From Paraspadella gotoi (lineage: Eukaryota > Animalia > Chaetognatha), in the NCBI GenBank assembly GCA_051294375.1, contig CM119268.1, forward strand, positions 14,997,897-15,061,896: a DNA stretch of 64,000 nucleotides, in the 5' to 3' direction. The notes below the pieces were generated by a model that was not told the DNA's origin, made no database searches, and saw nothing but the letters and a program-made list of their open reading frames with translations. Of this stretch, positions 1 through 10,879 are shown piece by piece; positions within the stretch are counted from its first letter, which is position 1, and the number at the start of each line of letters is the position of its first letter. The position numbers were made by a program, and so were the translations under genes.

Positions 1-313
1 AATGAAGTATATCCGCTAAGGGTGACTCTGTAAAAACTACTTCATGTTTAAATAAAAAGTAAAACTAATATTTACATTTTTTCTCTCTTAATTTCAATCT
101 ATTAATCATTAAGGATTAAGCTTTAATAGAATTACCTTTAGTAAACAGTTACTCCATATTGAAAATGCATAAAAAAAACTAAACCACGACTAGTACTGAT
201 ATCTCCTTGGAACTTTAATGTTAACGATGACATTTTAAAAAGCTGTCACTAACTTAGTAAATCACGAAGTCTCGTCAATGGCACAAACGATTTCATGTAA
301 AGTAGACTAAGAA

Positions 314-3300
314 TTATCGGGTAGAAACATTGATCACGACGATAATTGTTGTATAACTTCGAATCGGATCTTGTCGACGCATGCGCTTGCCTAGATCCTT
401 TACCTTAATCTTGTCTTTCTCGTACTCATTCGTATACTGCGGTGCATAGTCGTAACCGATTTCTCCGCTGGCGAAGAATCCGACGAGCGGCACTCCGGGA
501 AACGCTTTACGAAACAGGTTGGCCTCAACATTCGCTTGTTTGAACCGATGCGTTCCTTTTGCCTCGCAGATGAACATAAAAGCAAACGAGACAGAAGGAG
601 AGCACGTAGACGACGATACCCCGGGTGAGGACGAAGAGAGTAAATTGGGCACGACGCCGCTTCGACGAAGCAGTAACAGTTTCGTTTCCGTGACAATGCG
701 GTTTGCATCCGGCGGAATGACCACAGAGGCAGCCTTAACGCCTTTACCGCCGAAGGCCAAACAGTGGAACATCATGGATGAAGTTAATTTGTCATCGGGG
801 CTTCGAGAACGGTCAAAGTCTTCAGGATCGAAGTGACTTTAAAGAAATTTAAAATAGAGACTTTTAAACGATACTGAAATACAGAAAATAGAATAGATAT
901 ACACAACCTTTTTCACGACTTACAAGAACGGACTTCTCTTTCGAAAGTCAGTGAAGGGCAGCGGCACTTCCTTTATCCTGCTTACGCCAATATATTCCGT
1001 AGAATTTACAATACCCCCAGCAACGACGCACTTTTTATCAACAACTCTAAAAAAATCTTGAAGGGCCTTTTGAGCTAAATTACCGGCCGAGGGACCCGGA
1101 TATGTTCTTTCGAATGTATCTGCAAAAAAAAAATATGAGAGTAAGCAGCAGGAAACCTCACTAGTATGTATAATTATATATATAGTATGTATAATAACTA
1201 ATTAATAAGTATAACTTCTGTAAAAAAATTACCATCTACGATGCGCTTTTGGAAATCGGTGAAAACCAACAGAACTTTAGCGTCGTCAAGACGTGGAACA
1301 TCGTAAACATTTCTATACTTGATTTTATGGGCGCGAAGAGAGAATTGAGACGAAGGCATCAGAGGAAGGACAAGATAGGAGAAATATTCTCCCTTGAGAG
1401 AGAAATAAAATATTAAAAAAATTATAATTACGTTGATCAAATACAGTGGGGTTCATATTATAAAATTAGGTAACCCTGTTTTGTGACCAGAACACGTTCC
1501 GAGAAAACTACTGGACCGAATTTATTGAAATTTGGTACGAACGATCCCTATGTGAATACAAATAGAACTATCGAGACGAATATCAATATTTGATCCCTGA
1601 CCCGAGATATGGGGCCCCGTAGGGGTTAACTCATAAGGGCCAAAAATGGTCACATTTTTTTCTTCAAATTTTTAAATTATTTTTGTTTTGAACAGTTGCA
1701 CGGTCGTTTACTCTTCCACAAAAACGTATTTATTATCACAAAAATATTAGTTCATTTTCAGCAATCATGAAATCAGCAGTTCAAGTCAGATTTGGAATAA
1801 TTTGGGAAAATAGGAAGTTAAACGATGAACCATTCATCTTCAAACCATGCTCAATTATTGTCAATTTATCAATTTCAGTTCTAAACTGTTTTTTATACGT
1901 TTAAAACGTCAATGCACCTGATGCTACTAAAAAGTTTGAAAGAATGAAACAAAAAAATTTTAGCTCCCAGGGCCCCTGTATCTTTTTTCAGGGGTTGAAT
2001 ATCAAAATTCTCCTCGATAGTTCCATTTATATTGTCATTAGAACTATAAATGTAAAATTTCATGAATTTCTATCGTGTAACAGGTTCTGGTCACAAAAAA
2101 GGGGTACCTAATTTTATAAAATGAAGCCTTCTGTATTGATTCGTGCTAACATTCGTTCATACCTCTTCAAATTCGTGAACTAGACCATCTTCATCGGTTC
2201 CGACGCAGCCACTCCCGCTAACACAGAACAAGTCAGTATCGACAGACTTGGTGATTGAGGGAGCTCTGAGAGCCCCCGTTTCGCGCGAAGTCGAAGGATG
2301 AGATGTTGAGATTGTCGACCAGAGCGTTTCTTCCGACGGGAGTCGCTCGTGCGATGAGGCGACGGAAGGTGATAAAGATGACATTGATTGTTCAGGCTGC
2401 GGAGGAGCAGCGGAATTTGATGGCGAAGATACCAAATTCTTCTCCTGTAATAAAAAAATATTTTTTTACATATTGGCATTATCGTTATTAATACTAGGCA
2501 GGGATCGTAAAACGAATGTGTAAGTTTATGAAAAATACAAACACTGGTAATATGTTTTGTATGTTTGGCAATCTAACTTTCTAAGGCAGCATCAGTAATA
2601 TAAACATATTGGCATATAGCTACGTATTTCGTAACTAAAAATGATTGCTCAAGTCTAGGATCAATGATTGTTTACTTTTCGTTTCGAGTTAGGATCACCA
2701 GCCTCCTAATAAATAATTCAAAAATTAATAAATAAGTATAACATAAATCGTACAGATCACAGCAGGAATAAGTATATTGTATTTTGTATATTGTTTTGAA
2801 AAAGTATAAAAGTGTATTGACCACAAACTAGAAAGAAAAGTATATCTAAATTCGAGATAAAATATATACGTACTATCCATAGTATATATCATAAAATCCC
2901 AAGTAAACACCGATGGTAGCGCGTTGTCAGTAGTGGAGTTTTTCATAGTGACGTTCGAAGAGGAAGGTAAGCTCAGACCAGAATTTTCTTTAACGAATAA
3001 ATTAACTAAAGAGTCGATAAGCTTTCCATTGGCAACTATGCGGCGACGCTTGCGTGAAGGGCCTTCATCTGCGATGCAATCACATTTTCAAAGTTGCGCG
3101 AAAAGGCAAAGTTTTTTAAAAATTGAAGGATTACCAGAAGATTCGCGGTCTTCTTCGCTTTCGGATTCAGAATCAGTACCCGGGTCTGGAAACCCCCCTT
3201 GTTCGGGACCTGAAAAAGTGATCACCATCGCCGGTGCAGACCAGAGTTCTTTGAAACGAGTCGACAACAGTTTAGCCTCCTTGCGGCGATTAGAGGCCAA

Positions 3301-3575
3301 TCCGTAAACACCGTAGACCAATGCGCAGCGACGATTTAGAATCTAAAATGGGCATAAAGAAAACGTATACTATAAAACTTGTTGAAATTACAACCACGAA
3401 GAATGAATAAGTCAATTACCTTTTCAACCACTGCTTTCCAGAACTCGTTGACGGGCTGGCATGATCGTTGCAATGTTCGTGAGGGTAAAAAGTTGAAAAT
3501 GTTTTCCAAAATGTGGAGATAAGTGTCAGTGTTCAATAAATGATTCCAGTCAGTGGAGCATAACGTGGAATCCAT
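314..3575 (-). CDS. FBXO22: F-box only protein 22-like (F-box + FIST domains), ~7 coding exons
   Basis: First exon encodes an F-box (HILENIFNFLPSRTLQRSCQPVNEFWKAVVEK). Middle exon has the FIST-N-like SGSGCVGT motif. Last exon is FIST_C (FMFICEAKG...NVEANLFRKAFPGVPLVGFFASGEIG). Exons join through GT-AG sites in frame. Confidence 0.85.
1444..2133. mobile_element. Tc1/mariner-type MITE in an FBXO22 intron
   Basis: ~50-bp imperfect TIRs (cagtggggttcatattataaaattaggtaaccctgttttgtgaccagaac at 1444-1493; inverse at 2084-2133). TA on both sides. No coding capacity. Confidence 0.85.
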
Positions 3576-4151
3576 GGGATCAGAGAAGAAAGTTCTGCCT
3601 AAATGCAGATATTCTAGTGATAAAATTCCGATCCTAAAAGCCGAAAATAAGTAAATACAAAAAAATTTAAAAAAGAAAAGAAATCCTCGTAGTAATCACT
3701 GCAACCTATGACCTTAGAGGATACGTATGTAAAGCATGCTCGGAACGATTTTCCGTACATGTATTTTAAAGAATTTTCACAAACTGGTTGACCGGTTGAT
3801 AATTGTCATTAATCAGTAAAAAAAAGGACCTCTTCACACGAACCAATCTCAAAATAAAAATTCGACCACAGTAACCACAAAAAAAAAAACCTTTTTTAAA
3901 TTTAAAAGTCTTACAGAAATAAATAATAAATTTGATTTATTACTACTGAATCCGTTGAAAATACAATCATAAAAAATAATACTAAACCTAATAGTAAGTT
4001 TTAACTTTTTGGTAAGATTTAAAAGAATAAAAAGGGGATTTTTTCCATTTTTTTGTTCTCCCGAGTCGGGGGGAGGGGAGTAAAGGAGTCGAATTTAAAG
4101 TATTTTCGATCGATCTTGATGAAAATTAAGTCAAGACCATTGATTAAGTTT

Positions 4152-7100
4152 TCATTTTCGTCTCCTCGCACTAGCGGAGACCCTGGAGCGAGATCGCTGG
4201 GCCGATTTGCCCGTTGACGTACCCCCACCAATGCTGAACATGTTAGCGTTCGGGGTGGGTTGCTGAGGAACGGCCGCACCACCATTCAAACCCGCGGTAA
4301 AGTTGATGACCGGTTTCGTGGAAGCGTTCATGGAAAAATTAAATCCTCCTGGAGAGGGGGAACTCGAGGCTCCTGCCGAACCGAAATTAAACGCAGGCGC
4401 CATAGCATTACTGGTGGTGTTGTTATTGTTGTTGTTGTTAGTGAAGTTAAATACCCCGGGGGTGGCAGCGCTCTTCTGCGGAGCACCGAACGTCGAGGCA
4501 GAATTCGATGGATTAGGGTTGAAATTGCCGCCGCCGCCGAAAGCAGAAGTAGCGCCAAACGTGGGAGATGTTTGGGCTTGAAAAGGCGAGACTGACGCGG
4601 GTGTTCCAAAGGGAGAAGTCGTCGAGGTAAAGCCCCCACCACCTAACAAGGTATTACTGCTCGATGAGGTGCCGCCAAATTGTGTCAGGGTGGAAGTCGT
4701 GACAGGCGTGCCGAAAGGCGATGAGACACTTTTCGAGATTCCACCGCCGCCAAATGGAGAATTGCTGCCGAAAATTGACGTTGCCGAAACAGTTGTTGAA
4801 GAGGACGAGGCTGTCGAACCACCAAAAGGGGAGGGTGCCGAAGAGGACCCGCCAAAATTTAAAGTTGCTGTCGTCGTCGTTGTCTTGGCGCCAAAAGTGA
4901 ACGTCGCCGGTGTATTTGTATTCGGCGTCTTTTGAACACCGAAAGCCGCGGCCCCGGTAGCGGCGGAGGAACCGAAAACGCTTTGGGAAGCCGTGTTCGT
5001 CAATTGAGGGACCGTTTTGGCTGCGCCGAACGAGAAAACCGGCGCGCTCGCCTGAGCGATGGTTGTCGGGGCCGCGGCGGTTGTCGATGCAGCGGCACCG
5101 AATGAAAATGGTGCGGACGAGCTTGCTATAGCCACCGTTCCTGTTTTACCCGCCGTTGTCGTTTTAAATGAAAACGCTGCGGAACTCTTAGCTGTCGTTT
5201 GTGACGCCGTCGCTGCGAAGGAAAACAGCGGCGCCGGATTCGAAGCGGCCGTCGTTGTTTTGGCGCCGAAAGTAAAGGCGCCCTTGGCGACACCTTCGCT
5301 TGTAACCGGTGGCTTAAAAGATGCGGATCCGTTCATAGTGTTAAAGTCCCCAGCACTGGCAATATTACCCGAAGATTGCGAAGCCATTGAGAAGGAAAAA
5401 CCAGCGGTTGATGGAGCCTTGGCAATCGTGGTCGAAGGACCTGAAACTCCGTTAGGTGTCAGTTTCATCTGCGAAGGAGTAGTGGTGGTTGCCGTCGCAG
5501 GCGTCGAAGATTGGGAACCGAAGGTAAAACCAGAATTGGAGGATTTGGCGGTGATGCCGAAAACAAAGGAACCGGTCGATGCCGGGTTGGAAGATTTAGA
5601 AACAGACCCCGACAAAGAATTAACGGCAATATTTGAGGGAGCCATAGAACCAACGGCGGTAGTCATGTTAGGGGCAGAAGCCCCAGTAGAAAGGACATTA
5701 GAGCCAATAGTTGCGGGCAAAGCAGAAGAATTAGCGAAGGTAAATGAATTTTTCGAAGTTACAGCAGAAGTGATATTCTGGGTTGATAAGGGATTCGACA
5801 ACGCGGCTTTGATAACAATCGGCTTTGAGACTCCACCGATCGGGGTAGCACTCGACGACGGTGTTGAAGACACATTCGACGTCGTCGAGGCGGCGTTCGA
5901 AGAGGACGAGGAGGTTAAAGACGTGATCGGAGTGCCCGGTCGAGGAGGAACCAGGGCTGCAGGTCCCCCAAAAATCGACATCGATTTTGAAACGGTCGTT
6001 GGAATGCTTTGTGGAACGTTTGTTGAAAGGTTCATCGGAACGCCGGTTGGTACGCCTGATGGTCGGATTGATGGTATTCTAGACGGTACACTTGATGGTA
6101 TGCTTGAGGTTAAATTGGATGGTACACTTGAAGGTACAATTGATGGTACGCTTGACGGTACGCTAGACGGTACGCTAGACGGTACGCTAGACGGTACGCT
6201 AGACGGTACGCTAGACGGTACGCTAGACGGTACGCTAGATGGTACGCTAGATGGTACGCTCGAGGTTACCATCAACGGTACGCTCGACGGTGTGCTTGTG
6301 TTTAGCGGTACACACACAATTGATGGTATAGTTGACGGAACGCTTGTTGGAAAGCTGTTTTGCAGAGAGTTGCTTAGCGGCAGGGGCGTTGGTGGCGTCA
6401 CCGTAAACCTCGGAACTAAATAAGAGAAAAATTTACCATAAATAATAAGTCATATAAAAAATGGTTTTCCGATTATAATTACTCGAAACGGGTAAATTCG
6501 CTGAGGTCGAGGAATTTTTCAGTGGAGTCGAGGGTCGCGATGATACGAGCTTCAAGGAAGAAGTGGTTGACCGATCGTCTTCGGAATCGCTCGCGTCGAG
6601 TTCGTCCAGAATCGACTTGAGCCTCTCTTTCTCAAGCAGCTCGTCCTTCTCGAAATCCTCCATCGTGGGCGTCCTGCCGACCGCTTGGTCCGAGGCGGAA
6701 AATTCCTTCAAAGACGATTTGAGGGCGGCAGTGCCGAGGGGAGGCGCTTTGGCCGATGAAAAGTCGGATACGTCGCTTGAAATCTCAAGGGTTCGTTTGG
6801 TTGCAGCCGAATCGACAGGCGAATGAGAGGTGTGAGGAAGAACCTGAGATTAAAAATAGAAAGTTTTTTACAAACATGACGCATAAAATAAATTTTTAAT
6901 TTACTCATTAAATGTACAATTGTACATACATACTTTACAATTAGTGACTGTCAATATATCTATTAAAGCATCATTTATTGTAATTAATGAGTTAACCTTC
7001 GAAGCATTCGGTTCATTAGAACGAGGGAGCGTTTTTGGTTCCGGCGTAGAAGTCTTCGGTACTTCTTCCGAACTCATTGAAGTCGTCGTCGTCGTCGTCG

Positions 7101-8710
7101 TCGTCGTCGTCTTAACGGATTTATTCCTTCGTTCATCTTCCCTTTCATCATCCACGAAGAATTGTTTCCTTTTCGCTCTCATTGAGGAACTCAAGGAGCT
7201 CAAGATGGAGTTGTTGAGACTCTTATTCATCGACGTCGTGGAAGTTACTCGGGATCGCTTCTTGTCGTTGTCGACGGCGGCGCCAGCGTTGTCCGATGCT
7301 GCAGCGTTTGCGGCGAGGGCCCGTTTGACGGATCGGCGCGGTGGAGCCGAGGTGGATGGCACGAAGGCAGCGGATCCGCGGCGAATCCGTTTGGGAAAAC
7401 CTTCGGCAGCGTTCAAGTCTTCGACGTCGTCGTCGAATTTATCGTCGACGGGCGACTCGGCCGACGAGCGACAAGAGGCGTTGTTTGCTGGTACACCATC
7501 AGAATCGCTTCTGTCCGTCATTGGACGCTTTTGCCCGACGTCACCTCCGGGAACATTACGTTCGCTTTCGGATGCCGGAAGAGCCACGCCCCCCAGCGGT
7601 GTACGCCGAAGCGCCGTCACCACGGACGTAGTCGAAGTCGTATTTTCGTCATATTGGCGACAGTCGCCACCATGCAAAGCCGACGCTTGCAAAGAAACGT
7701 TGTTGGTTCCGCGACGATAAGTTGCTTCGGAGGGCGGCGCGATCTTGACGGTGGAGCGTCGATTGGAGTTGGTGTAGGACTCCTGGAGCGAGGGGAGCGA
7801 CGTGCGGTGAAGCCGGACGGTGGGCAGGTTGCCAAGCAGCATTGGGGAAGAATGAGAGGAGACGGCGGCGGAAGAGAGCTGGGGCACAGGACCCTATAAA
7901 GGCGCGCGAGGTTTTAAGTGACGAAATTTTAGATAAGCATATTTTGTGTTTTCTCTTACTTGTCGAGGGAAGGGCGATTTCGGCGATGACAAAGGCGACT
8001 GCATGGCTCCCACAAAAAGCCTCCTTCCGGCGAGATAAGGCGACGAAGAAAATGAACCGGAATGCGGCGACGTCATTCTCGATTGCTGACAAGTGTTTAA
8101 CTTTCTGAGAAGAGGAAGCCAAAAGTTTGACAAAAATTACTTGCTACGGACTAAAAAGAAAATTATGAAGATAAAAATGGCAAATATAATAAAAATAAAA
8201 AACAAATCTAATATTATATTTCATTTGTTGCCGGGACGATTTCCAGATTGAAAACTTAATATTAACGGTCACGCGGATAAAAGAGGTTGATTAAATTTCC
8301 ACCTCAGCTCGAGGCACCAACATAATTTTTTTCTGGGATTGAGATGCTCCTTTGTTTCGCGGTTTTTTTTAATTGTTTGTCAAAAATTTCCTCTGGTGGA
8401 TGCTACGTAAACTTGTACATGGGTAAACAAACGAACATCGTGGTAGAACTAAAAGTCTCGTCTAATTTCTATAGATTGAAAATAGTAGAATATAGAATAG
8501 AATGTAGAATAGAAAATAGGCTCTGAGCCGATAAACCTTTCAGTTAAGGGAAAAATATTTTTTCATACTATGAGTAATTTCCATCCGAACAAAATCGACA
8601 TGATTGTTATTCAATATTTTCCAAAATACTTTTATTTAAAAAAAAATTCTTAATGACAAAAAAAAAAAAAGATAAGCATCAAACAAACTGTGTACTTTAC
8701 CGTTTGTCAT
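4152..8710 (-). CDS. POM121: POM121-like transmembrane FG-repeat nucleoporin, 6 coding exons
   Basis: Exons 8710-8701, 8207-8141, 8104-~7959, 7893-6997, ~6843-6483 and ~6416-4152 splice in frame. They give an N-terminal TM (MTNDLFFIFIIFAIFIFIIFFLVRSK), the TVKIAPP and SILSSLSS motifs, basic NLS-like clusters, a long S/T-rich FG/FxFG domain and a C-terminus FSIGGG...ARRRK resembling vertebrate POM121. No Nup153-type zinc fingers seen. Confidence 0.8.
6118..6290 (-). repeat. Coding 12-bp minisatellite encoding (PSSV)n inside the POM121-like gene
   Basis: Tandem gacggtacgcta units on +, about 10 near-perfect copies, translated as PSSV repeats on -. Confidence 0.9.
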
Positions 8711-9196
8711 ATTTCTAGGTTTAGAACTTATTGCAGTCCAAATCCTAGAAGAGTGGCGGGAACCAGCCAAGCGAATTTATAGACTAGACTATATTGCGGA
8801 AAGAGAAGTATGTCTTCGTATTATACGTAATAACAAATAAAACATGCTTTTTCTCATCCTTCAAAAATATCGGCGCGAGTAAATATATAGATAATATGAA
8901 TATATATGAAGATAGTATATAATGTGAATAACTCTTTAAGCTATCGTCATCATCATGGACTCGGTATTTATATCTCTTATTTGTTAATGGATTGTTCTTT
9001 TTTATAAATTCTTTTGTTTTTTGGCCACCAGATGGGGGATGTGAGAGCCGTCCCCAGCCTCCGCCAACGCGGCCGCTTTTTGCAGAAAAATTTTCCGTTT
9101 TGGAGCAAAAAGGGAAAAATAAATAATTTCGGAAATAGAAAAATGAAGGATGTTGCGCAGAAAAAGAGAACGACCCAGAGAGACATGGAGAGAAAA

Positions 9197-9327
<131 letters not shown>

Positions 9328-9754
9328 CTCCCAGAAGTTACATGTTTTTCAAAAGTTCAAGCCTTTGTCATGAAATAAAAATCGGCGCAAAAAAGGAATT
9401 TGTAAATTTTTTAACAAAACAATAATGACTATTTTGTTCTCAAATTTTAAAACAATAACTATTAAATAATGCTACAGCTCCACAGTAAATGGAGAGAGAA
9501 TTTTGCGTTTTTGATTTAATAAAGTAAATAAAAACTAAGAAAAAAGATCTAAGTTAGCAATCATCCATTTACGAAAAAGTTTTTCTCTAACAATTCCACG
9601 CTCCATTCCTATCTCTTCCCCCACTTGTCTCTGTCGCCATGAAAAACGTTTTTTCCCTCGACTAATTTAAGCTAAGGTTTATCCGCGCGCCACCCTTTGG
9701 CCGATCTAAAAAACCTTTTCTTTCCCCTTCGAATCCCCGCTTTTTGCGGTTTTG

Positions 9755-9756
<2 letters not shown>

Positions 9757-9834
<78 letters not shown>
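9757..9834. repeat. (CT)n microsatellite
   Basis: Perfect dinucleotide run. Confidence 0.97.
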
Positions 9835-9838
<4 letters not shown>

Positions 9839-10879
9839 CTTCTCTTATTAACGACCTCTCGTCCGATCGGTGGCTCCCCCCGTCATCAGAGGAACACCCC
9901 CTTTCACCCCCCCCCCGTATTGCCGTCGTTGGCTCCTGGCACCCTCTGATGGGAATCGGAACATTTTTGTCCAATCGATGTCTCCACGAACTGTGGGTTT
10001 GCGGTGGTCCTCTCTTCGACTTTCATTTATTCCGTCTCAACTTAATTCCTTAAATCGGTCCGATGTCTTTCCAGGAAAATCTCGTAGAACGCCGATATAC
10101 CCGCGGTTTTTTAAGCAACAGAATTTGGGTAAAAAAAAAGAAACAAAAATAAATTCAAATCGTCGACTTAAAATCTGGAGTTGATGTTCGAATCATTTCG
10201 CCTGGCAAAGAGTCATTAAAAAAAGAAAGAAGAAAAAAAAACAAAAACAAAAACACAAAATGACAAGAAAAAAAATTGATGTGAATCGATAAAGGAAAGG
10301 GAGGTTTTTATTTCTCGACAAAAGTTTTGAGGTTAGAAAGTGTCGTTAAAAAAGATAGTCTATGAAATTTTTTGGAGTGATTTTTTTTGTATTTCTTTGT
10401 ATTTAATTTTTTTTCAAAATTCATTCTCTCTTTCTTTTTTACACTCTTTGTTCAACTTGAATTATATATCATTACTCAATTCGTTCTTTCCCCCTTGTCG
10501 CAACGTTCATCTTTCGGGTTTTGGATATTTTTCGTTTCGATTCTCTCTCTCGCTCTCTCTCTCTCTCTGATGCTCTCGGATTCACCTTTAGAAAACAAAA
10601 GTTTGATCCGTCCGTTCAACCTCGGAGGTCAAGTTTTTTCTTTCGACAACAACGGAATGGTTTCGACCCGATGATTTGACCGTTAAGTTTGTCTAAATCA
10701 TCGCTTTGAAAAAAAAAATAATTTGGGGAATTAATTTAAAACCTTTTTCTTCATTTTTTTGCTATCGAATCTTATCTTGAAGAAACCTCACTCCCACTAT
10801 TCATATCAAAAAGAAAATGTTTTCGTCTGTGTTGAGACGAGAATAAAGTAACTCGAAACCCAAGAAAAATAAACAAAAT

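Noticed and set aside
5059-7720. Long + strand ORFs (454 aa and 266 aa)
   Set aside because: Antisense shadows of the S/T/A-rich POM121-like exons with no domain features.
8197-8224. Out-of-frame ATG suggesting a frameshift or homopolymer error before the TM segment
   Set aside because: An upstream micro-exon (8710-8701) with a good donor and correct phase explains the frame without any error.
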